Source: Candidatus Culexmicrobium cathedralense (GTDB lineage: Archaea > Thermoproteota > Methanomethylicia > Culexarchaeales > Culexmicrobiaceae). From it: DNA of 64,000 nucleotides. Both the position numbers and the translations under genes were made by a program. Shown here piece by piece: positions 1 through 9,433 of the stretch; within the stretch, counting starts at the first letter, position 1, and each line of letters opens with the position of its first letter. Below the pieces are notes generated by a model. The model was given only the letters and a program-made list of their open reading frames with translations. It was not told the origin of the DNA and searched no databases. The stretch covers positions 288,001 to 352,000 of the forward strand of contig JANZKC010000001.1 of assembly GCA_025061115.1 (NCBI GenBank), given 5' to 3'.

Positions 1-308
1 AACATGAAGGTTGATGGAAAGATCTTTTGTGCGCAATAAATTATTCTTCTTGAAACTTTTAGGTTTTGAGTTATATTGTGAATTGCTATTATCAGTTCAC
101 TGCCACCATCATACAATCTACCATTAATTTTAGGTTTAATTATAAATTTGACCAGCCCTCCTGGCTTTCCTTGAAGCCAATCCATAAATAATTGATAGAC
201 TGTTGGCGAGTCTAAGGGCGATCCACCGATAATGACGCCAGGTGTAATCATTAAAGCTATTATAATCAATATTAATAATATTGAGAATTTTATTCTTTTT
301 TCTATCAT
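1..308 (-). CDS. Partial hypothetical secreted/membrane-anchored protein (runs off window edge)
   Basis: Manual translation from ATG at 308: MIEKRIKFSILLILIIIALMITPGVIIGG..., open to position 1; signal-peptide-like N-terminus; GGTG upstream. Confidence 0.65.
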   Translation of the reverse strand, partial: MIEKRIKFSILLILIIIALMITPGVIIGGSPLDSPTVYQLFMDWLQGKPGGLVKFIIKPKINGRLYDGGSELIIAIHNITQNLKVSRRIIYCAQKIFPSTFM

Positions 309-636
309 TTTTTAGACACCCAAAAAAACAGGATCAAATCTCATATTTAAAAATTACTATTAATAAGGAAAATCATATAAAACTAGCAGTCATGCCATGA
401 GCAATAGAAACTTCATTAATCTCAAGAACATTTCGGATCACCTACCTCCTCTCAACTGAAAGTCCATTAATGAAATTACAGCTTCGGTGAGCGGTCTAAG
501 ACTTTAATGAGAATTAAATCCATCATATTCTCTACCTAACTTTCTTAACCTTAAATATTTAGTACAATTGCCGTGTAAGAACATCAACTTTTAAGATATA
601 CTGTATTACAAATAAAGATAAATATGTGCTACATTT

Positions 637-888
637 ATGTATTATGTGGTGATGAAGTTGAGTGTTACGGTGTCCTTTCGAATCCCTAGAGAGTTAAAGA
701 GCAAGATGGATATGCTTCGTAGCATAATAAACTGGAGCGAGGAAGTTAGAAAGTTTATTGAAAGTCGCATAGAAGAGTATGAGCAGTTAAAGGCAATAGA
801 AGAACTTGAGGAAATTATAGAGAGTATTAAATTGTTGCCGAGGGGTACGGCAATTAGATATGTGAGGGAAGACCGTGATAGTTATTGA
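637..888 (+). CDS. RHH/CopG-type antitoxin (VapB-like)
   Basis: VSFRIPRELK...INWSEEVRKFI ribbon-helix-helix pattern; overlaps a PIN gene. Confidence 0.85.
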   Translation: MYYVVMKLSVTVSFRIPRELKSKMDMLRSIINWSEEVRKFIESRIEEYEQLKAIEELEEIIESIKLLPRGTAIRYVREDRDSY

Positions 889-1288
889 TGCATCAGCTCT
901 AGTGAAATACGTTCTTCACGAAGAAAATTGGAAAGATATAAGCCATTTCATTAAGAATAGAAAGCCCATATACTCTTTAGACCATATAGCAAAGGAGGTT
1001 GGGAATGCTATTTGGAAGCACTGTCATCTGCACAAAGTTATAAATTTAGAAGAAGCCATAAAACTGTACAATAGACTTATGCGGCTTTTCCAAACCAGAG
1101 TTATAATTATTGAAAGAGAAGACGAATATCTAGAGGCCGCTTTAAAAATAGCGTTTAGGTTTGGAGTAACGCTTTATGATTCCCTATACTTAGTACAGGC
1201 TCAAAAGTATGGGGAGCTCATCACTAGCGATGAAAGTCAAGCAGAAATAGCCAATCAACTAGGCATAAGAGTATATTTAATAGTGTAA
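875..1288 (+). CDS. vapC: PIN-domain toxin VapC
   Basis: MIVIDASALVK, E..NAIWK, TLYDSLY, LITSD motifs. Confidence 0.9.
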   Translation: MIVIDASALVKYVLHEENWKDISHFIKNRKPIYSLDHIAKEVGNAIWKHCHLHKVINLEEAIKLYNRLMRLFQTRVIIIEREDEYLEAALKIAFRFGVTLYDSLYLVQAQKYGELITSDESQAEIANQLGIRVYLIV

Positions 1289-1742
1289 ATTCATAAGGTT
1301 TATTTGTTGATACTAATAATTAATAGATTGTAAAATTAAATAGGTTCATAATTGAGATAAAGATAGGTTGGAAAACGTAGAATTGCCGCCAATATTTCTA
1401 ATGAAGTTTATAGCAGTCTGGATAAATGACATCAAAAGGTTATTTTTATAATTACCTATTCCAAACAAAAGCCGTAAAAATATGAAAATCATTAGCAATA
1501 ATTTTCTAAAAGGAATTATTAGATACTTTATCAAATAAAATTAAAAAGGCTTTATCCAATATTTGACTTCATCATTGATAAGTAATTTTGATTAATCATT
1601 TTTATTAATTTATCTGAACGATTCAATGGCTATACAATTTCCTCAATTAAAATTTCTTGAAGCATTGACTTTTATGTGCTTGTTTTAGATGTTAGAAATT
1701 TAATTTAATGCCATTTTATAGAATATTGTTTGAGGTGAATTA

Positions 1743-3113
1743 ATGGAGTTTGGCGAGTATGCGCTTAAAATTGCTGAAAGATTGGGAGCTGAGCATGCTG
1801 AAGTTAGGTATCAGAGGCTTGAAAGGACAGCTTTAAAGCTTAGAAATAAGGGGCTTGAAGCAGTTGTTGAGGGTATTGATGAGGGAATCGGCGTTAGAGT
1901 TCTATTTAAGGGCTGCTGGGGTTTTTCTCACACCCCTGACTTAACTAAAGCAGGTATTGAGGAGGCTGTTAGGCGTGCAATTAAGAACGCTGAGATTCAG
2001 GGCGGAAAATGCAATGTAAAACTAGCTAAAGCAGAGCTAGTTAAGGGTGAATACAAGTTTGATTATAAGATTGATCCAAGAACAGTGGATGTAAGCGATA
2101 AAGTATTAATTCTAGTCAAGGGCTTTGAAAATGCAAGTGAGATTGCTAAAGAGAAGCTTCGAAGCGTCGAGATAAACTACTTCGACTTGTGGTTCAAAAC
2201 GCACTTCATGAATAGCGATGGAGCAGATGCAGTTCAAGTTGGAGCTAGATTCTACTTCTCGTTCAGAGTTTATGGATCAACTCCAGCAGGCTTATTCTAT
2301 GATTCAGAGAGGTTTGGAATGATGGCTGGATTGGAGAAACTTGAAGATTCGATAATTGAAGTTTCAAGTAGAATGGCTAGGAGAGTTGTAAGTCAATATA
2401 ATGCAAAAGCACCTCCAATAGGTCCAGCCCAAGCAATACTTGAGAGCAGAGCCGCAGGAGACTTCTTCCATGAAGTCGGCCACTCCTTCGAGGCTGATTC
2501 GGTGGTTAGAGGATTTTCAGCATTTGAAGGACTTAAAGGACAGAAGGTTGCAAGCGAAATAATAACCATATATGAAGATCCAACAATGCCAAATGCTTGG
2601 GGCTCCCAATTCTTTGATGATGAAGGAGTCAAGCCTAAGAAGACGCTTTTAATTGAAAATGGAGTTTTAAGAGGATACATTCACTCTAGAGAAACAGCAA
2701 GCATATTAGGAGAAGAGCCGACCGGTCATGCTAGAGCCGAAAGCTATCAACATGAGCCAATAATTAGAATGGCAAACCTAGTACTAGCTCCAGGAGACTG
2801 GAAGGAGGAAGAGCTAATCGAGGAAACTAGGAGTGGAATATACATTTCAGGCGCAAGAGGAGGACAAACAACTGGTAAGGGCCCATTCCAATTTCAAGCC
2901 AGCGAAGCCTACCTAATAGAGAAGGGAGAAATCTCAAAGCCCCTTAAAAGCGTTAGCGTCTCAATGAAAATACTCGAAGCACTCAAGAACATCGATGCAA
3001 TATGTAGAGAAGCAAACTACTACATAACCCTATGTGGGAAGGGAGGACAGAGAATGGCTGTAACAGCATTAGCACCAACCATGAGAATTAAAAAAGTCAT
3101 TATTGGAGGTTGA
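1743..3113 (+). CDS. tldD: TldD metalloprotease subunit
   Basis: GIGVRV, HEVGHSFEAD, FDDEG, PIIRMAN, CGKGGQ motifs. Confidence 0.9.
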   Translation: MEFGEYALKIAERLGAEHAEVRYQRLERTALKLRNKGLEAVVEGIDEGIGVRVLFKGCWGFSHTPDLTKAGIEEAVRRAIKNAEIQGGKCNVKLAKAELVKGEYKFDYKIDPRTVDVSDKVLILVKGFENASEIAKEKLRSVEINYFDLWFKTHFMNSDGADAVQVGARFYFSFRVYGSTPAGLFYDSERFGMMAGLEKLEDSIIEVSSRMARRVVSQYNAKAPPIGPAQAILESRAAGDFFHEVGHSFEADSVVRGFSAFEGLKGQKVASEIITIYEDPTMPNAWGSQFFDDEGVKPKKTLLIENGVLRGYIHSRETASILGEEPTGHARAESYQHEPIIRMANLVLAPGDWKEEELIEETRSGIYISGARGGQTTGKGPFQFQASEAYLIEKGEISKPLKSVSVSMKILEALKNIDAICREANYYITLCGKGGQRMAVTALAPTMRIKKVIIGG

Positions 3114-3116
3114 AAA

Positions 3117-4469
3117 ATGGGCATTGAAGCTGAAAAGATAATTAAGATCGCCGAAATGAAGGGAGCAAATCAAGCTGAAGTGTTCATCTACAGCGACGGT
3201 GAAATTTCAGCTTCAATATCAAGAGGAGGGAGAATCTCAGCATCATCAAGCACGTCCAAGGGAGTTGGAATCAGAGTAATAGTTAAAGGTAGAGAGGGAT
3301 TCAGCTACACCTCCAAACTCAGTTCAAGTGAAGTGGAAAAGACCGTTGAAAGAGCAATAAAAATAGCACTCAAAAGCGGAAGAAAGCTTCAAAGCCTACC
3401 AGAGCCATCAAGCACGCCCGGTACTTGCAAGTTTTACTGCGGCCAAGTAATGCAAGCCAGTGTAGACGAGGTATTCCAGATTCTAAAGGAAGTATTCGAT
3501 AGAGCTTCAAGATATGAAGGTTTTGGAAGAATTGTTTCTTGTAGAAGCGAAGTAAGGTGGGTAAGCTGGAGAGTAATTAACAGCCTAGGGCTGGACTTCG
3601 AATTCAAAGAAACCCACAATGCAATTTCATTTTCAGCAATAGCCGCCAAAAATGGATTAGCAGCAACCCACTACGACTACATGTACAGCAGAAGCCTAAT
3701 AGGCGTTGAGGAAGCCGAAGTCAAAGCCATGGAAACTATAAAAATGGCGGAAAAGGGCATCCCAGAAGTAAGCATTGAAAGCGGAGAATACCCAGTAATC
3801 CTATCCCCAACAGCTTTAGTAACTTTGCTAAACTACACGCTATATCCAGTACTTACAGCCAAGTTTCAGCCAAGAAGGTTTAAGGCCGGCGAAAACATAG
3901 GATCCGAAAAACTAACAATAATTGAAGATCCACTAAACCCAATGATACCTAGATCGTCGCCGGCAGATCATGAAGGAACCGTTAGAAGTGAGAAAGCAAT
4001 AATTGAAGAAGGCAAACTCAAAACACTACTATACGACCAGTACTACGCTGAAATAGAAGGCAGAAAATCGACTGGAAATGGATTTAGAACACCAATACTA
4101 ACTTGGCCGAGAATGCTTAAGCCCTATCAAGCAGCACCATCTCCCGAAGTGGGAAGCATGGTAATTAAAGCTGGAAGCAGAAGCGTAGATGACCTGGCAA
4201 GCAGAATCGAACATGGATTGTACGTAATTAACGTGATTGGAGCTCATGGAGCAGATCCAGCATCGGGAAGATTTAGTGCAACAGCATCAATAGCATTTAA
4301 AATTGAAGGAGGAAGCATAGGCAGAGCAGTTAAGCATGCGATTGTAGGTGGAAGCCTAAATCAGCTATTGAACATCATTGAATTAAGCGAAGAAGGAAAG
4401 CTAGTTTATAACACCATCGCGCCTTCAGTGTTAATTGAAAAACTGAGAATAGCTGGCGAGAGGCATTAG
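3117..4469 (+). CDS. pmbA: PmbA/TldE family protein
   Basis: GVGIRVIVKGREGFSY, DHEG, STGNGFR; no HE motif; adjacent to tldD. Confidence 0.88.
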   Translation: MGIEAEKIIKIAEMKGANQAEVFIYSDGEISASISRGGRISASSSTSKGVGIRVIVKGREGFSYTSKLSSSEVEKTVERAIKIALKSGRKLQSLPEPSSTPGTCKFYCGQVMQASVDEVFQILKEVFDRASRYEGFGRIVSCRSEVRWVSWRVINSLGLDFEFKETHNAISFSAIAAKNGLAATHYDYMYSRSLIGVEEAEVKAMETIKMAEKGIPEVSIESGEYPVILSPTALVTLLNYTLYPVLTAKFQPRRFKAGENIGSEKLTIIEDPLNPMIPRSSPADHEGTVRSEKAIIEEGKLKTLLYDQYYAEIEGRKSTGNGFRTPILTWPRMLKPYQAAPSPEVGSMVIKAGSRSVDDLASRIEHGLYVINVIGAHGADPASGRFSATASIAFKIEGGSIGRAVKHAIVGGSLNQLLNIIELSEEGKLVYNTIAPSVLIEKLRIAGERH

Positions 4470-4816
4470 CATGTTAAGTGAAAAGCCGCAGCAACACGCT
4501 GCCCTCCATTAAAAAGCCTGTTGAAAGTCCTCCAAGCAATACCAGTTCTTTCAATTATAACTTCAATTCCCCTAGAATTCAACTTCTCAACAACTTTTTC
4601 TGGAACTCTCATCAATCCACTATAACCGGATCCAATCACAAGCACTTCAGGCAGCTCATCCAAATCCAAAATGTCACGCAGATCATCCAAATGCAGGACG
4701 TGGCCCTCAATTCTCCACCAATTAGCTTTAACTTCGCCATTAGGCAAAATTATCAAGTCGCCAGTATACTTCACTCCATTAATCACCATTAACCCAAAAG
4801 CATAATTTTCAATCAC
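4466..4816 (-). CDS. Mth938-like (DUF498) protein
   Basis: YAFGLMVING..Y..DLII, PEVLVIGSG..G, AAFHLTC terminus. Confidence 0.9.
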   Translation of the reverse strand: MIENYAFGLMVINGVKYTGDLIILPNGEVKANWWRIEGHVLHLDDLRDILDLDELPEVLVIGSGYSGLMRVPEKVVEKLNSRGIEVIIERTGIAWRTFNRLFNGGQRVAAAFHLTC

Positions 4817-4844
4817 ATTCGCACCTTCAATAATAGAAGAAAAA

Positions 4845-5231
4845 TCAGCTGATCAATTCAACTCTAACCTTCTCTCCGCCATTAACTTTGCGTAGAACTT
4901 CAATTCCCTCCTCAACAATCCCCACAGGGTTAACTGGACTATAAGCCCTAGGCTTCTCGGTCACGCTTACGGGAGTCGGCCCAAAGAAAATGCATAAAGC
5001 ATTACCTGGAGGCCAATAGGCAACCTCACCAACTTCCATGTCAACTCTGCTATTCTCTTCCGCAGCTTCAACTCCAACTTCAAAGTAAACTTCATCACCC
5101 CACCTATTTGCAGTGCTTTCTATGGGCAAGGCTTCAATCAACTTTTCAATAGTCTTGGGACCCCACTCCTCCACTAGCTTCACGATCACCGAGCCAACAC
5201 CTTCAAATTCAATTTTCAACCTCAAAGCCAT
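4845..5231 (-). CDS. Cyclophilin-like fold protein (DUF369/TM1367 family)
   Basis: WGDEVYF, GEVAYWPPGNALCIFFGPTP motifs. Confidence 0.88.
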   Translation of the reverse strand: MALRLKIEFEGVGSVIVKLVEEWGPKTIEKLIEALPIESTANRWGDEVYFEVGVEAAEENSRVDMEVGEVAYWPPGNALCIFFGPTPVSVTEKPRAYSPVNPVGIVEEGIEVLRKVNGGEKVRVELIS

Positions 5232-5265
5232 TCACCACCAACTCAATCTAACCACAAATCGACAT

Positions 5266-5851
5266 TTACTCCTTAACGTATAATGCGAATAAAATTAACG
5301 TGATAAAACTATAACCCCACCAATGATGAAAGGCACAGCAATTCCAGGAAGCCAAGAAGCCAAATACATATCCTTAAGGTAAGCGTATAGATAGCTTCCT
5401 ATTATAGGTCCAATCAACATGCCTAAATTCGAGAAAACTTGCTAAAGCCCAAAACCCTATCTTTAACTTCACTTGGAACAATATCAGCTTGAAGAGCACT
5501 CAAAATTAGTAGCTGATCGACTGTAACAATAACAGCATAGGTCAGGCCAACCACAATATAGATAATCAAGCCAATAGCAATCAGCCTCCTCCCAAACACA
5601 TCTCCAAGCCAGCCGCTAATCGCCGCCACAATGCTCCTCGTAGCCATTAAAGCAGGCATCATGAAACCAAGCTCAACAACAGCCTCACTAGCACTAATGC
5701 TAGCAACTTCCTCAGGCAGCTCAGTTAAAACACCCTTCAAAGCCAAAACTAGATAGGGTCTCAAAAGGTTAAAAGCTCCAAAACCAAGCATGACGAGAAA
5801 GTTGATAAGGCAGAGAAGTGCAATGTTCCTTTTTGCATAAGCCTGTAACAT
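5266..5851 (-). pseudogene. MFS transporter pseudogene, copy 1 (internal deletion of about 700 bp plus frameshifts)
   Basis: N-terminus with GWLGDVFGRR joined directly to ALQADIVPSEV; frameshifted tail (NLGMLIGPIIGSYLYAYLKD...PGIAVPFIIGG) continues to TAA at 5266; homologous to 47973-49060. Confidence 0.85.
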
Positions 5852-6027
5852 TTCACCTCAACATCCATGTACAACGCTACCACTTGAGGATTAAAACAGG
5901 TAATTGAACCTGCAATTTAAAATTAACTCTAAGCTAATCCAAGCGTAAATGGGTAAGGCGCATAAGTTGGCATTAAATTAATTTATGAAATTAAACCATT
6001 AGATTTGTGAAAGGATAATTTAAGTGA

Positions 6028-6744
6028 GTGAAATTGACTATAAAGAGAATTTTTATAAGAGCTTTTTATGTGATGATACTAACTGCGATTGCAGCTTTAG
6101 CAGTTGCCATCGTAAAACCAATGCTAGCACTATCCACAATTGCCCCAGCCATAGCATACCTACTATACATTTGGAGGAAAGAGAAAGTTGAAAGGGAGCC
6201 GCTCATAGGACTGTGCGCGGCATTCTCCTATGGATTCACAGTTTCAGTGGTATTAGCTTTAGCATTAAGTATTCTCATAATCCAGCTATTACAAATTCAA
6301 AACGCAATCTTAATTACAATTCTTATCAGTCCAACAATCGAGGAAATATCAAAGCTAATTGGAGTTATAGCAATAGCTAGAGTCAGAGGACTTCTCAACG
6401 AAATAGATGATGGAATAATTTATGGAGCATCAGCAGGCTTGGGATTCTCAGCATTCGAAAACATGATGTATGCATATCGAGCAACAGATCCAATTTTAGT
6501 AGGATTATTAAGAGCAATTAGCAGCACAGCTGCACACGCAGCTTCAACTGCAATTGCAGGATATGGCTACGCAAAAGCCACAATAAGCCCAAACGTAGAG
6601 AATTCGCTTTCAGGATACTTAATAATTGCAATCGCACTGCATGCAACTCATAATGCCATTGCAATGATCCATGAAGCATTAATTCCAATAATAATTGCAT
6701 TCGATTTACTCGCACTAGCATACATCCTCTCAAAGATCGAGTGA
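6028..6744 (+). CDS. PrsW-family intramembrane metalloprotease
   Basis: PTIEEISK, DGIIYGASAGLGFSAFEN, H motifs (AAHA, LHATHN). Confidence 0.9.
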   Translation: MKLTIKRIFIRAFYVMILTAIAALAVAIVKPMLALSTIAPAIAYLLYIWRKEKVEREPLIGLCAAFSYGFTVSVVLALALSILIIQLLQIQNAILITILISPTIEEISKLIGVIAIARVRGLLNEIDDGIIYGASAGLGFSAFENMMYAYRATDPILVGLLRAISSTAAHAASTAIAGYGYAKATISPNVENSLSGYLIIAIALHATHNAIAMIHEALIPIIIAFDLLALAYILSKIE

Positions 6745-6819
6745 AAACAAAACAAGGCAAACTGCAATTCAATTAATTAAAACTAAAACTTAAATGGAAT
6801 ACCAATTATAATTCAAGCG

Positions 6820-7479
6820 GTGAGCATGATGATCTCATCAGATGAAGTCAAGAAATGGCATAAAAAATGCACGGTAAATAGATTAATAGATAATTTAAAG
6901 AAAAGAGGATTCAAAGCCTACTATGCAGAAAATAAAGCTGAAGCTTTAAAAATAATTCTCAACCTAATACCCGAAAAATCTACGGTAGGAATTGGGGGCT
7001 CAATCACCATTAGAGAACTAAACTTAATAGAAGAACTCGAGGCGAGAAAAATAAAAGTAGTACACCACTGGATAAGAGGCTTAAGCAGAAGTGAAAGCTT
7101 CAACATAAGAAGACAAGAAGTAGCTACAGACATATTCATTTCAAGTTGCAACGCAGTAACAATCGATGGAAAAATAGTTTGCGTAGATGCAGTTGGAAAT
7201 CGAGTTGCAGCACTATCATTTGGACCAAAAAAAGTAATCATAGCTGCAGGAATAAACAAGATCACATCGAGCATTGAGGAAGCAATGTGGAGAATAAGAA
7301 ACATAGCAACTCCAATGAACGCCAAAAGGCTAAACCTGAAAATACCATGCGCAGAAAAAGGATACTGCACAAATTGCAACCAGCCGGAATGCCCATGCAA
7401 AATAACATTAATAATTGAAGGAAAGCCGAACATGACCGACTTCCACGTAATCATAGTAGGAGAAGAGCTTGGATTCTAA
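6820..7479 (+). CDS. LUD-domain (lactate utilization-type) protein
   Basis: GIGGSIT, SSCNAVTIDG, GNRVAA..FGPKKV, Cys cluster, GEELGF end. Confidence 0.85.
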   Translation: MSMMISSDEVKKWHKKCTVNRLIDNLKKRGFKAYYAENKAEALKIILNLIPEKSTVGIGGSITIRELNLIEELEARKIKVVHHWIRGLSRSESFNIRRQEVATDIFISSCNAVTIDGKIVCVDAVGNRVAALSFGPKKVIIAAGINKITSSIEEAMWRIRNIATPMNAKRLNLKIPCAEKGYCTNCNQPECPCKITLIIEGKPNMTDFHVIIVGEELGF

Positions 7480-7570
7480 TTCAACAATAAGCCTTCAACT
7501 CAAGGCATAAAATTGTGAAGAAAATGCAGAACATACTTCATGAAATCAAAGTGACAATTTAAAAGAACAG

Positions 7571-7630
7571 CGGGTCAGCCAAAGCAATTCATCATAAATC
7601 AGCGGCGCAGGACCCCAAATCATCCCCACA
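7571..7630 (-). ncRNA. Box C/D guide sRNA A, copy 1
   Basis: Minus strand GGGATGA-tttggggtcctgcgccg-CTGA-ttt-ATGATGA-attgctttgg-CTGA; paralog at 49238-49296. Confidence 0.75.
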
Positions 7631-7726
7631 TAAAATTCGAACAAAACAGTATAATTATTATAACTCAATCAATAAAATCAGCTCACAATGAAAGTAAAGC
7701 CTAAATCCCAGCTAGGATAGGTAGTT

Positions 7727-7788
7727 ATGGCGATGAGGATTTTGGCTACCTGCCGAACGATGAGGCATCCCGGCCATAACCGAGCCCA
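7727..7788 (+). ncRNA. Box C/D guide sRNA B, copy 1 (CCGA-type D boxes)
   Basis: GCGATGA-ggattttggctacctg-CCGA-ACGATGA-ggcatcccggccataa-CCGA; first guide is complementary to the 23S segment AGGUAGCCAAA; paralog at 49442-49503. Confidence 0.72.
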
Positions 7789-7800
7789 AAGCCAATAACA

Positions 7801-9081
7801 TTACTTCAAAAATTTAATTGAGCACAAATAAACAATCGCCATAAAAGTAAGAAAGCTAACTACCACCACGATTCTAATTAATAGTGAAAAATGAATTGAA
7901 GTTGAAATTCCAACTCCAAGTAGAAATCCAGTTAAAATCCTAATTAAATTACAGCTCTCCCTAATACAAAGCTTCTGAGTAGACCAATCAACTAAAGCTG
8001 GCAGGCCAAGCAATGCAGAAAACAGTATTGACGGAAAGGAAATACCAGAAATGAAAGCTGCAAAGTATCCTAGAAAAGTTCCAGTACATCTAGCACACAA
8101 ATATAATTCCCTCCCCAATAAGCGAAGCCGTATGCATCTATCCCTAAGCCAAGGAGGATGATGCTCCAAGAGCAGCTTAAAATTAAATTTAGCCAATTCA
8201 AAACCCTTTATCTTAGGATATTCCAATATTAATCCAAGAATTATAAGAATTATGCCAGCGCAACATGCAAATAAGCTTAAAAGAGGAATGCCAGCGCAAG
8301 TTATAGCACATAAAAAGCATCCGCAAATCAAAAGCTCAAATCTCCTCTCCCTATGAACAGTTATTGTGTCGCAAGGCTTGCCCTTAAATGGCTTGATCAA
8401 CCTACCATCCGTGGAACTAGGCAACTTATTCAACCCAATTAAGCCAACTTCACTAAGCCTAACGAAGTCATCCTCAATTGGCTGAAGCCTAACTATCGAG
8501 TCCGCTGCAATATAAACATCACCGCTTGATGCGCGCTTAATCCTACCCTCAACCTTCACAATTGAACCTCTCATAAGCGTAACGTCAATTGGCGCATCAA
8601 CTTCAACTAAAATCATTCCACTCGGATCCCTCAAAGTGAAAAGAGCACGCTCAGAACCACTCAACTCACTAAGTAAACTTACATCTAAGCTCTCACCAAC
8701 ATAAGCCGCAACAACCCTACCATAAAGGGAAACTAAGCTTCCAACGGGAACTTTAGTGCACTCAGCAATCATAATCCTCTGATAAGCTCCGGGAACATAC
8801 ACGTATTCAAAGCGCTTTCCAATAATCTTTTCATCAAACTCAACTTCACTAGCAATTTTTTCCGCAGCTTCGGCAGCAGTATATCCTTTCCCAATTAATT
8901 CATCAACTTCAGGAATCTTAATTCCATTTTCAACAGCTAAAACGATAATCGAAGCAGCTGGGCTTAAACCAATTTTATTTAAATGATATTTTAAAACGCC
9001 GACTGGATTATGAGGATACTTCTCCCGGTATAATTCAATTAAACTATTTAATATATCCTCGATATTAACCCCCATAATCAT
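7801..9081 (-). CDS. OB-fold domain / DUF2085-like membrane protein fusion
   Basis: VSLYGRV..FTLRDPSG..GSIVKVEGRI (OB fold) followed by HH..LCARCTG..DWSTQ..N.IRILTG (DUF2085). Confidence 0.65.
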   Translation of the reverse strand: MIMGVNIEDILNSLIELYREKYPHNPVGVLKYHLNKIGLSPAASIIVLAVENGIKIPEVDELIGKGYTAAEAAEKIASEVEFDEKIIGKRFEYVYVPGAYQRIMIAECTKVPVGSLVSLYGRVVAAYVGESLDVSLLSELSGSERALFTLRDPSGMILVEVDAPIDVTLMRGSIVKVEGRIKRASSGDVYIAADSIVRLQPIEDDFVRLSEVGLIGLNKLPSSTDGRLIKPFKGKPCDTITVHRERRFELLICGCFLCAITCAGIPLLSLFACCAGIILIILGLILEYPKIKGFELAKFNFKLLLEHHPPWLRDRCIRLRLLGRELYLCARCTGTFLGYFAAFISGISFPSILFSALLGLPALVDWSTQKLCIRESCNLIRILTGFLLGVGISTSIHFSLLIRIVVVVSFLTFMAIVYLCSIKFLK

Positions 9082-9433
9082 TAAATTAATATGAAAAATA
9101 TTTTAAAAAGCCTTACGATAATTACTCAATTAAATTAAAAATGAACCCTAAATTATAAAAAATATTGTGAAAACAATTTATTAGTCAAATTCACAATAAA
9201 GCAAAATAAAATCTAAAACACAAAATTAATAAAAATGACCGTGAAAATTGAAAACACCGCCCAAGCCGGCGAAGCAAACTTAAATTTAAGCTAGGCGCAA
9301 ACGCTTATTGTTAAGGAGCGAAAATAATCATCATCCAAATAGAAATGGTTAACTGGCATCCAAACGAACTAACATGCCAAGAAGTGTAAAGCTTTAGTGC
9401 TGATCAATCTACAATCATAGTAGGTGGAGATGC

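Noticed and set aside
435-452. GGATCACCTACCTCC resembling the 16S rRNA 3' end
   Set aside because: No rRNA context; it reads as a minus-strand RBS-like sequence before a 13-codon ORF
500-520. TTTAATGAGA partial CRISPR repeat match
   Set aside because: 10-nt AT-rich match with no leader or second repeat
1346-1534. 62-aa ORF
   Set aside because: AT-rich with no motif; probably spurious or an unrecognisable remnant
9240-9420. Possible speD remnant or C/D sRNA upstream of speE
   Set aside because: ATGATGA is present on the minus strand but there are no D boxes; peptide resemblance too faint
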